From assembly GCA_004431415.1 (NCBI GenBank), contig QPMI01000139.1, forward strand, positions 13,143 to 77,142: a stretch of DNA of 64,000 nt. The letters are read 5' to 3'. The stretch comes from Cyanophora paradoxa CCMP329 (lineage: Eukaryota > Plantae > Glaucophyta). Shown piece by piece: positions 12,801 to 24,700 of this stretch (positions within the stretch are counted from its first letter, which is position 1; each line of letters opens with the position of its first letter). Under the pieces are notes generated by a model that saw only the letters and a program-made list of their open reading frames with translations, had not been told where the DNA came from and made no database searches. Position numbers and translations under genes: made by a program.

Positions 12801-13279
12801 CATCTCTCTCTCTCTTGCTTTGTGCCCTAGTGAACCTCGCCTTGCGCTCTTCGCCTGTCCAAACCTCGCCTCGCGCTCTTCACAAATGGGGGCAAAGGGA
12901 CAAAGGGGGTCGTCTAGGCTGGCGTAGCTCCTCGGGGTGTATTAACAGCATGCTAATGTCTGATTCTTCGGGTGGCCAGTGGCCACACCCGCATCAGTTT
13001 TCAAATCGCGGCAGTAACGTTCAGCTCCGTTTTTAACCGCCGCACCGATCGAGGTCGGAGTACTACGGTACAGCATTCGGCCTGGCGCCGTGCTGTCAAG
13101 CACGCAACATTAAGCTTGTTTGTATTCAGCTGCACATGTTGCTAGCATGAGGTAGCCGTGGGATCGTCCAGCGCGTGGAGCCAGCGCCAGGCAAGCGCGT
13201 GGTCGCCAGCGCCAGCGCGTGCGCTTGCGCCCCTTTGTGAGGGAGAACTGCCGCAGTGCCGCAGTGCGATGAAGGACAA

Positions 13280-16200
13280 ATGGGAGTGAGCTCCCAGAGC
13301 GATGCCCTGACGGGCATGAATGCAAGCGAGCCTCGGAGCCTCCCGCTCCAAACGTGCCGCTGAGCGCTGCTAAGCGGTGCTAAGCGGTGCACGTACGCGG
13401 TTGCTTCGCTGCGACGCTCGCATGCATGCGTGCGCCTGACTGCAGCAGCGCAGGTGCCGCACTGCTGGTCTGCCGGTGACACGGCCATAACCGTCGTCCG
13501 ATCCACCATGAAGCAGCTCGCGCTCGCGCCGGGCAGCGTTCTGCAGTTCACGCCCCTGACTTGGGAGGAGCTCGCGTGTTACATGGAGCACCGGCGGCTG
13601 CCGCCCAGCGCCGACAGGGCGCCCCCGCGCATGTACTTCCGCATCCCCCGCGGAGCCTGCCCCCTCGTGGAGGCGACCCTGATGCGCAACGGCTTCCGGA
13701 TGCTCGCGCCCGGCGAGCGGGGCAGCGCGGACCTCACGTGGAGCGGCGGCGGCGCGCGCTCGACGCAGATCTCCGCCCTCGCCCCGTGAGCGAATCCCCG
13801 CGGGGCGGGGCGAGGCGGGAGCCTCGGAGGGGCCTGAGGCGCGGGCGGGGGCAGGAGCGCGAAGTGGAACCACTTCCCGCGGAGCAGCGAGCTGACGCGG
13901 AAGGACCGGCTGTACACGAACTTCGCGCGCATGCGGGAGCTCTTCGGCTCCCGCCACTTCGACTTCGTGCCCCTCACCTTTATCCTGCCCCACGACGCCC
14001 CGCTCCTCGCCGCCGAGCACTCCCGCCTCCGCTTCCACGCCCGCCCCGCCCCGCCCCGCCCCGCTCCCCGCACGCCCCGGAACCAACCGCCCGTCCGCGT
14101 AGGAGGGAGCCCGGGCCATCTGGATCTGCAAGCCCAGCAACCTCTCCCGCGGCCGCGGCGGTGTGCCGTCTCGCAGGCCCCGCGCAGCCCCGCCGGCTGA
14201 CGCCGGGGGCAGTGTTCCTGGCGGCGTCCCCCGCGGAGATCCGAACCGACGTCGCCTGCGTCGTCCAGAGGCGCGCGCCCCCTCTCCCCGCCTCGCCCCC
14301 CGTCGCCCCCGAGGCCGCACCGCAGGTACATCCACAGGCCCCTCCTCGTCGACGGCCGCAAGTTCGGTGCCCCTCCCGCCGGCACGCCGCGCCCCCGCGA
14401 GCCGCCCTCACGCGCCGCGCCGCAGACCTCCGGATCTACGTGGTGCGATGCGAGGCGCCCGCGGGGGCCTCGAACACGCGAAGGCGCGAGCGTGCGGGGC
14501 GGGCGCAGGCGGTGACGTCGTTCGACCCGCTGCGGGCGTACCTCTACGGCGAGGGCCTCGCCCGCTTCGCCTCCGAGCCCTTCGACCTCTCCAACCCCTC
14601 CAACCCCTTCGTGCCGCCCCCGAGCCCGCCCCGCCGCCCCCCGGGGCCCGCCGGGGCCGACGCGGGAGGGGCGGCAGGTGCACCTGACGAACTACTCGAT
14701 CAACAAGCGGCGGGCGGCCTCGCGGGCCTCCGCCGGGGGCGCCTGCGCCGAGGACCCCGAGGCCTGGCTCTACGGCGACGTCGAGCCCGAGCCCGACGCC
14801 CCCGAGGAGGGCGCGGAGGGCGGCGAGGGGCCCGCCCCGCCCCCGCACCCCGAGCCCGCCGACGCCGAGCGGCGGCCCGACGCGCCCCCGCCGGTGCGCG
14901 CGCGCGGGGCCGGCGGGGGACGGGGTGCGGGGCGGCTGCGACGGGGCAGCAGATCAAGACGCGACTGACGGCGCTGCTGAGGCGGCTGGAGGCGGGCGGG
15001 GTGGACGTGCAGGGGCCGGAGGGCCTGATGGCGCGCATCCGGGCCCTCGTCGTGAAGACGCTGCTGAGCGGGGAGAGCGCGATCCATGCCGCCTGCAAGA
15101 TGTCCGTCCCCTTCCGCGGCAACTGCTTCGAGGCGCGCCACGCATCCCCGCCCCGCCGCCCCGCCGGCAGCGCGCCGCGGGCTGAGGGGGCGCGGGGGCA
15201 GCTCTTCGGGTTCGACGTGCTCATCGACGAGACCCTGCGCCCCTGGCTCCTCGAGGCCCGCCCTCCCCGCCCCTGCCCGCCAGTCCCGGGGCGGCCCGTG
15301 ACGGGGCGCGGGGCGGGGTGCAGGTGAACCTGAGCCCGAGCCTGGCGTGCGACGCCCCCGTGGACCTCGCGGTGAAGGGCCCCATGCTCGCCGACCTCTT
15401 TACCCTCGTCGGCTTCCGGCCCCCCGCCTCCGTCTCCGCACCGCCCTCCCCCCACCGCCACCGCCCCGCGTGCGCCCCGCCCCTCGCCACAGCGCCCCGG
15501 CGCCCCGGCGCTCTCCCGCCGCCGAGCTTGGCACGCAGGCCGCCGCAGGCCCCGCCGCGCTCGCCCCAGGGCGGGCCGCAGGTGGGCGCCCGGCGGACGG
15601 TGAGCGCGGGCGGGGGCACGGCGGGGGCCCTCTCGAGGGAGCAGGGGTGGGACGGGAGGCCGGGGCCGGCGGGGGCGCGCGGGGCGGGGGCGGGGGCAAC
15701 GGGGACGGCCCCGCGAGCCTCGCCGCCCTCTACTCGCCCTTCCGCGGCGACGGCGGCCTCTTCCGCGGCGACCGCGCCCTCGGCCGCTCCGAGGGCGCCC
15801 CCTACAGCCCCCGCGTGTACCCCCCGCCGCCTGGGGGTGCGCGCGCCGGCGCTGCGCTCTGGGCGTGGCGGGGGCGGTGAGGGCGGGGCGCAGGCAGCTG
15901 GCGCCGGAGCAGCGGCAGGTGCTGCGGGAGACGGAGGACGAGCTCGCCCGCGCCGGCGCCTGGAGCCGCGTCTTCCCCCGGCCCCTCCCAGCCGGCCCCG
16001 CCCCGGCCCCTCCCGCCCGCACTCCCCGCCGGGGCGCCCCGGGGCGCCGGGCGGGGCGTGCGGGGGGAGCGGAGCCTTCCCGAGGGGCGCGACCTGCTCG
16101 GTGCGCGCGCGCGGCCCCGCTCCCCTCCCGCGCATGCTCGAGGCGACGGGGCGCAGGGCTCTACGAGCGCATGTTCGAGGGCCCGCGGCCCAGCGTCGCG

Positions 16201-16528
16201 CTCCTCGCCCTCCAGTACCGCCACCAGCAGGCCCTCGCCGCCCCCGCCCTCGCCCCGGGCCCCCGCCCGCACCCCTTCCCAGGCCCCGCCGGCGACCCCG
16301 CCCCGCGCCCGCCCAGCATCGCGCGCCCGCCCTCCCCGATCCGCTCCCTCCCGCTCCCTCCTCGCCGCCCCGGGCCGCACGGTCGCCTCCCCTCGACGCC
16401 GCCGCCGCTGCGGCCGGCGAGGTGCGCGCCGCCTCGGCGCGGCCCGTGCGGCGGGCACGCTGACGGCCGGCAGCGACTTTGCGGCGCGGGCGCGGGCGCT
16501 CCAGGAGAGCCTCCGCCCCAGCGCGTGA
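13280..16528 (+). CDS. Tubulin polyglutamylase, TTLL family (TTLL4/5-like)
   Basis: [84 protein letters not shown]. Start and end are approximate. Confidence 0.9.
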
Positions 16529-16658
16529 TCCCCCCTCGCCCCCCGCGCAGCGCTCTGCTCTTTCTCTCCGAGGCTCGCTTTTTTCGCTTTTTTTTTCGAA
16601 TGTGGGATGATGAAGCGGAGGGGGCCGGCGGGGAGGGGGCGGGGCCGGGGCCGGGGCG

Positions 16659-18532
16659 TCAGCGGGAGGGGAAGGCGGCGTCGAGGGCGGCCTCGGCCTC
16701 CTCCCCCGCCCGCTCCAGCACCCGCACCTCCACCCGCCCGCCCCGCCCCCACCGCCCCGCCAGCCCCGCCACCCGGCCCGCCCCGCCCCCATCCCGCCCC
16801 GCGGCCGGGGCCGGGCCCCGCGGGGGCGGCGGGGCGTGAAGGGCCGGGGTGAGGGTGAGGCGGGCGGCGCGGGGGGCGAGGGCGAGGATGCGGAGGAGGG
16901 AGGCGGGGCGGAGGGCGAAGGCGGGGCCCCGGGCGGCGCTGCACTCGGCGCACTCCCGCACGACGAGCTCGCGCAGGGCGGGGGCCGGCCCCGCCGCCGC
17001 CCCCGCCGCGAGCGCCGACGCGGCGTCCTCTACGGCGCACTCCGAGGTGACGAGGAGGGCGAGGGCCGGCAGCCGCCCCAGAGAGAGCAGCGCGCCGGCC
17101 CCGCACCGCGCCAGCCCCGCCGCCCGCAGGCAGGGGGCCCGGGGAGGGCCTCGGGCCCGGCGGCGGGGCGGGCTGGGGCTCGAGGGCCGCGCAGGGGGCC
17201 GGGGCGAGGGCGAGGAGGCGGAGGCGGGGCAGGGCAGAGAGGGCCGCCGCCGCGCACTCCTCCGCAGCGTCCCCGTCCTGCGCCCCCGCGCCCGCTCGCC
17301 GCGCGAGGCCTGCCGGCGCGCGGGGGGCTGGGCGCATGCGCACACGGGGAGCATGAGGTGCGTGAGGCCGGGGCAGAGGCTGCGGGGGTGAGATGGCGGG
17401 CAGGGCAGCGCGCGCGGGGTGGGGCGGGCGTGCCGGGCGAGGGCGCGGAGGGTCGGGGGTGGACGGGGGTGCAGGAGGCGGCGTGGAGCTCGGCGAGGCG
17501 CGGGGCGAGGGGCGCCACGGCCGCCACCAGCGCGTCCAGCCCCGCCGCCTCCGAGACCCACAGCGCCCGCAGCGGCAGGGGCGCGGGGGCGCCCCCGGGG
17601 GCCTCGAGGAGGGAGCGGGCCCAGCGCCAGCGGACGAGGAGGCAGCTCTCCACCTTGAGGAGCTCCAGGGCGGGGCAGCCGCGCAGCAGCGCCTCCACAC
17701 CCTCGTCCGTCACCCGGTTGCTGCCCCCGCACCCCTCAACCCCCGCGGCGAGGCGGAGCGCCGGCTGGGACCGGCGGCAAGGGGGCGCGCCAGAGGCGGA
17801 GGCGGGCGTCGCGAAGGCGGCGGTGGGCGGAGGCGGCGCGCAGGCAGTCGTCCGTGGCCGGCCAGCGCTCGAGGTGCAGCGCCTCCAGCAGCGCCGCCCC
17901 CGCCAGCAGCGCCCGCAGCTCCTCCGAGGCCCGCCCCTCCAGGCGCGCCCCGCCCGTGTAGGCGAGGCGGAGGCGGCGCAGGCGAGGCGCGAGCGCCTGC
18001 ATGCCGAGGAGCGTGTCCCGGCCCGCCGGCACAGCGAGCGCGACCGAGCTCAGGCACGGGAGCGCCGCCCCGAGGCCCCGCATGAGCGCAGCGTCCACCT
18101 GTCGAGCCCGCCCGTCGGCGGCGCGCGGCACGCTCGCGGCGCGGCCGAGCTTAGGCCCACCATCTCGGGGACGGCGCGCAGGTCGAGGTGCGCGAGGAGC
18201 GCGAAGCGCCGCTGGCAGAGGAGGCGCTCCAGCGAGAAGCTCGGCCCGGCCGCGGAGAGGAACGGCACCGCGCAGTTGCCCGAGCCGATTCCTCCCACGC
18301 GTTCGCCTCCCTTGAGCCGCGGAACGACCAGCTCGGTCCAGAAGCGCGCGTCCTGCGGGGCGGGCGGTTCACGTGCGCTGCGAACCGCGGCTGGAGCGCC
18401 GGCGCCGGCACGCACGTCGACGATAGCGCGCCAGCGCTTGCAGACGCGCGCCAGGAGCGCGACTGAGGTGACGTTCGCGTCCCGCACGCGCGTCAGGATG
18501 AGGCTCAGGAGCGCGTCGTCCAGGTCCTCCAT
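16659..18532 (-). CDS. F-box / leucine-rich-repeat protein
   Basis: MEDLDDALLSLIL...LARVCKRWRAIV F-box; RI-type LRRs such as VTDEGVEALLRGCPALELLKVESC. Confidence 0.75.
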
Positions 18533-19154
18533 CGCAGCCCGCCGCGCAGCACTGCACAGCGCCGCGAGGCTGCAGCGGGTTTGAAGAACAAGAAACAGCC
18601 GGCCCCTGCTAACTGGCTCACTGTGCCGGTCGCGCTAGCCGGGGTATTCGAAACGTTAACTGCCCCGCGCGCGCGCCATGGCCAGCTGCATGCGCAGCTC
18701 CATCTGCAGTCATGTGTACGTAAAAGTCTTGACTGAGTGCTAGATTTGTATGGTCGCAGCGCTAACTTCAGTGCGCGCTTGGCGCCGGCAGTGCCCAGAG
18801 AACATCTTGAGCGCACGTCAATCCGCATCCCAGGACTGCCAGCCCCCAACGCGTACGGAGGAAAGCTGTGGAATTCGGCGGAGTGTCCGAGCAACTGCGT
18901 TCATTGACTTGAACAGAAAAAGATAGAAGTGCTGCGTGAAAGAACGAGGGAACAGACTTCCTCTTAAGAGGGCCGCGACCCGCGGATCGAAGGGGCCGGG
19001 CCCCGGAGGTCATCCTGGAGCTCTACCGTGGGGATGAGATGTGGTCGAACCTATCTACGAGGGAAGGAGTAGGCTTCGACGGGCTTGGGACGTGGAGGGC
19101 CAAAGAAAGGGGAGGCAGGGAGGAAGAAAAAGCGGAGCCGAAGGGAGGATTGGA

Positions 19155-19943
19155 TCAGACGACGGGGGCGGCGGGGGCGAAGGCGGGCCGCGACTGCTTC
19201 TTGGGGGCCGGCGTCTCGTCCGACTCGCTGTAGGAAAGGCGGCGGCGGCGGCCGCCGGTCTCCACGAACGGGCTCGGTGTGAGCAGGTTCAGCTCCTGGT
19301 GGCTCTGCAGCACGGCGCGCTGGCCGCGGCTCTTCGGCTTGGCGCTGGCGGCCGGCGCGGGCGTCGCCGGGATGGACTTGTTGGAAGGGGCGGGCTTCAA
19401 AGGCGCGGGAGGGTTGGCGTCGTTCGCGGCGGAGGCTTCCGCGTCGGGGCCGGACGACTTCGCCTCCCCGGCCGAGGGCACTTTCGGCGCCAGGTCGGGC
19501 AAGTCGAATTCACGCGTGTACCGCCTCTTGGCGACGAAGGCCTGGAGCGAACGCGGCGCCGCATAGCGAGGAATCTCCTGCTTAATGACGACGGAGGAGT
19601 ATGCCTCCTTCTTCTCGGCCGGGGCCTTCGCGCTGGTGCTGAGGCCGACTAGGGGCGAGGGCTTGCTGGGCACGACCGACAGCACCGAATCCTGAGAAGA
19701 TGAGTCCTTGATGGGCGAGACGCTCTGCTTCGGCGAGTCGCCGGCAACAGCGTCGCTGCGCGTGGCGGGAGTTAGGTTTCCGACCACGCGGCGGAGCGCC
19801 CTGGGGCGCGTGTTATCGCAATCGGAGACGGGATCGCACAATTTCAAGGAGCCCTTCGGCGGTGAGGCGAGGGCGGCGCGGCCCAAGTCGGAGATGCTCG
19901 GATCGAGCTCCAGGCTCACCGACGAACGGCTGGTTGCAGGCAT
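19155..19943 (-). CDS. Hypothetical Ser/Pro/Lys-rich disordered protein
   Basis: Uninterrupted frame with host-like codon use (MPATSRSS...); many SP/TP sites and RRRLSY. Confidence 0.55.
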   Translation of the reverse strand: MPATSRSSVSLELDPSISDLGRAALASPPKGSLKLCDPVSDCDNTRPRALRRVVGNLTPATRSDAVAGDSPKQSVSPIKDSSSQDSVLSVVPSKPSPLVGLSTSAKAPAEKKEAYSSVVIKQEIPRYAAPRSLQAFVAKRRYTREFDLPDLAPKVPSAGEAKSSGPDAEASAANDANPPAPLKPAPSNKSIPATPAPAASAKPKSRGQRAVLQSHQELNLLTPSPFVETGGRRRRLSYSESDETPAPKKQSRPAFAPAAPVV

Positions 19944-20100
19944 TGCAGTATGTGATTTGGTCGACTGCTTGCGCGTGCTGGCGCGTCCCGGCGGGCTGCT
20001 GTCGCTCTGGGGAGAGTTGGCGCCCTTTTCGCGCGGGTTTCGAACTTTTCGTTGCAACTAGTCTTCCGGCGTACCCGTCGTTTCTCCCCCCTCTCGCAAA

Positions 20101-21425
20101 ATGACCTCGCGCGGTGGCAAGGCCGGTGGCGGCGCAGCGCCCCGCTTCCTTAGCCGCGACCAGCTACAGTCGCGCCTCGTGGCATTTAAGAGGAACGGCA
20201 ACGCGTCCGATATCTCATTTCCGCCGTCGCTGACGAACGTAGAGCGGAGGAACAGTGAGCGCGTACGCGGCAGTTCAGTTCTGCATTGCTGACACTGCGC
20301 AGTTCACGAGATATGCGAAGCGCTGGGCCTCGGGCATCAGAGCGTCGATGCGGACGGCGGCCGCTTCATCCGCGTGTACAAGCTGGACGCCGCGCCGGCG
20401 CCTGCGGCAGGCGCGAGCGGCGCGGCTCCAGCGGCCGCCGACGAGGAGCCGAGCGCGGGTCCGTCGAGGCACAGCGTGCAGCGCAATGCCTTCGACGTGG
20501 TCCGCCTCCGCCGCTTCTCGCGGTTGGGTCCCGGCCGCGAGGGCGCTGACGGCGGTCCAGCTGGCGCAGCTGCAGCTCGCGGATGCGGAGGGCGCCGAGG
20601 CTGGGGAGGGCGCGGCAGGCGGCTCCGAGCCGGATGAGGAGGGGAGCGAGCGCGAGGGGGCGGAGGGCGGGCCGGAGCCAGCGGCGGGGGCACCCGGCGC
20701 GGCGGCGGCCGCCAAGCGGAAGAAGAAGAAGACGAAGAAGAAGACGGCGGAGGCGGGGGCGGAGGGGGCGGGGGCGGGGCCGCAGGCCCCCCCCGGGGAT
20801 GCTGCTGCTGGGGAGGAGGACCCCGACATGGCCTTCCTCCGCTCCATCGACCAGTGCGGCCCCGTCCCGCCCCCCGCCGAGCCGGCCGGCAGCTGACGGC
20901 GGGGCGGCGGGGCGGTGCGGCAGCTCGAAGTGCGGGCAGCGGCTGGCCTCGGGGAAGGTGTGCGGGGCCTCGGTGGCGACCATCGGGCGCCTCTGCGCCT
21001 TCTGCAAGCTCAAGTTCTGCCTCGAGCACAGCCTCCCCGAGGCCCGCCCCACCCCTCGGGGCCGCCTGCGGCTTGTCCCTCGCTGCGGCGTCGACGGGGC
21101 CGGCAGGTGCACGGGTGCGGGGAGGACGCAAAGCGGAAGGCGCGTGGGGATTGGCTGGCGGCGCACGACAAGCGGGAGCCCTGGACGGCGGAGAAGAAGA
21201 CCCCGGAATGGCAGCGCGACTACCTCGCCCGGAAGCTCGAGCAGCGGGCCCGCCCCGCCCCCGCGCCCCGTCCTCCCGCCCCCGCCCCGCTCTCTCGAGC
21301 CGCCCCCGCCGCAGATCGGCGCGGCGCAGGAGCAGCGCGCGGCACAGCGGAAGCCCAGCGGCGCTGGCGGAACCTCGGGAGCTGGCGCAGGGGCGAAGGG
21401 CGGGGGGCGCGGGGGCAAGACGTGA
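20101..21425 (+). CDS. R3H domain plus AN1-type zinc-finger protein
   Basis: Spliced ISFPPSLTNVERRNIHEICEALGLGHQS (R3H) and [21 protein letters not shown] (AN1), as in the IGHMBP2 C-terminus. Confidence 0.8.
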
Positions 21426-21711
21426 GACCTTGGGGACGCTGGGGCTCTCTGCCCCAGCCTCTCGCCTTCTCGAATCCGCCTCGGTCGGCCTGTCAAGCCT
21501 GCTGCTCGGTTCGTCCGGCGGCCCCTGCCGGGCGCCTCGTCCGGATGAGACGCCCCGAGTGCCCGTGGGCCCCACGAGCGTCCCTTGTCCCCCGTGCACG
21601 GCTACGATGGCGGCCGATCGGCGCAATAACGCGTTCTGCTCATGCTCGGTGCTGCGCAGCCGCTGCTGCAGTGGGAAGGGGGGGGGGCGGGGAGGGTCAC
21701 AGGGGCGGCGG

Positions 21712-24700
21712 TCAGGAGCCGGGGGGCCGGCGCCAGGCGGCGACGGGGTTGCCGTTCTCGGGGAGGGCCTCCCGCCCCCGCTCCCCGGCGCTGTGCGACT
21801 GCCGCGGCGGCGCCGGCACCGGCGGCTGCTGCGCGGGGGGCGCCTGCACGGGCGCCGCGGGGCGGGAGGCCTGGACGGGGAGGTGGTGGACAGGGGCGCC
21901 CGGGGGCGTGGGGGCTTGGCGGGGGGCGGGCCCCCTGGGCGGCGGCGAGCTCGGCGCGGAGGCGGACGATCTCGCGCTGGTAGCGGGTGGTGGCGTCGGC
22001 GAGGTAGGCCTGCAGCTCGCGGAGCTGCTCCTCGGCGACGAGGCAGCGCGTGCGCAGCTCCGCCCGCTCCTTCTCGAGCTCCGCCTGCGCGTTCGCCGTC
22101 CACTCCCGCAGCTGCACCCGCACGGCGTCCGGCGCCGGGCCCCCCGCCGCCCCGCCCCGCCCGGGCGCGCCCCGGGGGCCCCCTCGAGGTCCCGCACGCG
22201 CTGCTGGAGCTGCACGACCTGCGCCGCCAGCTTCGCCGCCGTGCCCCCGCCGTCGCTCCCCAGCAGCTTCACCTGCGCGGCACTCGGCGCCCGCCCCCCA
22301 GAGGCGGCGGGGGGCGGACCTGGGCGCGCAGGTCGACGATCTCGCGCCTGCAGGCCTCAAGCTCCCGCCGCGCCGCCTCCAGCTCCCGCCCCTGGCTGCG
22401 GCCGGCCTCGACCCGGGGCCCGCCGGCATGCGGGCCGGCCGGCGGGCGGGGCGCACATGGCGGAGGCGGTGTGGCGGGTGGCGGCGACCTCGGGGGGCGT
22501 CCGCGCGGGGTTCTCCCCGAGCCCCGCCCGCATCGCCTCCCGCCGCTCCCGCTTCTGCCGGATGCTCTGCGCCCCGCTCAGCGGCGCCGAAGACGGCGGG
22601 GAGGCGGGAGCAGCAGGGGCGGACCGCCTTGACCTCCTCGGAGACGCGCTGGAGCTTGCGGGCGCCCGCCAGCGGGCCCAGCACCGCCGTCGTCCCCTCC
22701 CTGCCCCCCCGCCGCGTCGCCCCGGGTCCCCGCGCGGGGCTCCGGCGGGGCGGGGCGGACGGGAGGAGGTCGGAGAGGAGGCGCTGGTAGGCGTCGACGG
22801 TGCGGAGGGCCATGTCGCTCTGCTGGACGAGCTCGCTCTCGAGCTCGCCGAGGCGGTGCCGCAGCGACTCGCACTCCCGCTCCAGCTCCGCCTCGCGGTC
22901 CGAGACCTGCTCGCCCAGCTGCCCCCGCAGCTGCTCCTCCGAGAGCACCTGCCGCCCCGCCCCCGCCCTCGGCGCCGGCACACCCGGGCAGGGCGGGCGG
23001 GGCGGGCGGGCCTCGGGGAGGGGCTGGCCCGGGGGCGTGGCGTCGGCGAGGGCGTTGCGGGCGGTGCGGTAGGCCTGGAGGAGGACGCGATTGCGGAGGA
23101 GAAGCTCCCGCGCCTGCTTCCGCAGCGCCGCCGCCTCCGCGACGACGCGGCCCTCCTTCTCGCTGTAGCTCTCCACCAGCTCCTGCGTCAGCTCCTGCGT
23201 CGCCGCCTGCATCTGCATCCGCGCCTCCGCCTCCTGCGCCCGCTCCAGCGGGCCCTGGCCCCGCGCCAGCACCCGGCTCAGGTCCGCGATCCGCCGCAGG
23301 TCTGCGCCCCGCCCGCCCCCCTCGGCGCCCCTCCGGCCTGGCCTGGGCGGGGCGGGGCGGGGGCGGACAGGTCTGGAGGGTCTCGCGGTACTTGCGGTTG
23401 TCCTCCTCGGCCTTGCGGATGGCGGCCTCGCGGTCGGCGTGGAGGACGACCTCGCGCCGCGTCCGCTCCGCCTGGTCCCCCTCGAGGTCCCCCACGCGCC
23501 GCGCCAGCTGCTTCCCCTGCACCCGCTCCCGCGACAGGCCCGCCACCGCCTCCGCCAGCTGCCGCTTCACCCCCGACAGCTCCTCCTCGTACTTCCGCTG
23601 CAGGTCCGTCTGCCGCCGCCGCCCCTCTGTGAGCGGGTGGAGGCCCGGCGGGGGCGCGGGGCGCGCACGAGGGCCCGCTCCAGCGCCGCCTTCGCCGCCT
23701 CGCCCTGCGCACGCCCCGTGAGGAGGCCCCCCGGGCAGCGCCGCGGGGCGGGGCGGGGCGGGGCGGGCCTGCACGACGGCCTTCTCGAGCTCGAGCTTGG
23801 CGCGCATCGCCTCCGCCTTGAGCTCCTCGTTCGCCGACTTCAGCGCCGCCGCCTGCTCCTCCAGGCTCCGGCTCGCCGCCGCCACGCTCGTCCCCGCCGC
23901 GTCCTTGTCCTCCACCCTGGCCCCAGAGTCAGCGCCCCGCCGCCCAAGGCCGCCGGCGCGGCGCTGCGGGTGCGCACAGGCGCATGAGGCGGCCGCGCTC
24001 GCCGCGCATCTCCTCGCGCTCCTTCAGGAGGGCGTCCCGCGCGTTCACCAGGTTCACGATCTCCAGGCTGCGCCCCGCCCTCAGCGCCGCCGGCCCCCGC
24101 CAGCGCCTCGGGCCGGCGGGCGGCGCGCCTCATCTCCTCGACCTTCTTGCGCTCCGCCTCGAGCAGCCGCGCCAGCTCGTCGCTCCGCCCCTTCAGCGCC
24201 ACGTAGTCCACCCGCAGCTCCTCCTGCGCCCGCCCCACGCTCGCCCCGCCCCGCAGCGCCTGCCGCGGCCACGCCGCGGAACGCACGCGCTGCCCGTTCG
24301 TCTCGGCGAGCTGCCGCGTGAGCTCCTCGATCTGGGGCGGGCCGGCTCAGCGGGGCGGCGGAGGAAAGAAGGGGCGGGGCCGGGGCGGGCCTTCTTGTCG
24401 CGCTCCTGGAGACGCATCTCGGCCTCGAGAAGCTCGTTCTCCGTGGAGAGGAGCTTGTTGACCACCTCGTACTTCTCCGCCTCCGCCTTCTCCGCCAGCG
24501 TGTTGTTCTCGATCTGCGCCCGCCCCCCGGCACTCGGCCCCCCCGCGGCCCCCGGCGCCGGGCGGGGCGGGGCGGGGCGGGGCGGGCCTGGAGGTCGACC
24601 AGGGCGCGGGAGACGGTGAGGCGCTCCTCCTCGGAGGCGATGAGCTCGCCCTGCACCGCCGCCTTCTCCGTGACGAGCTGCTCCAGCTTGCTCCGCAGCT

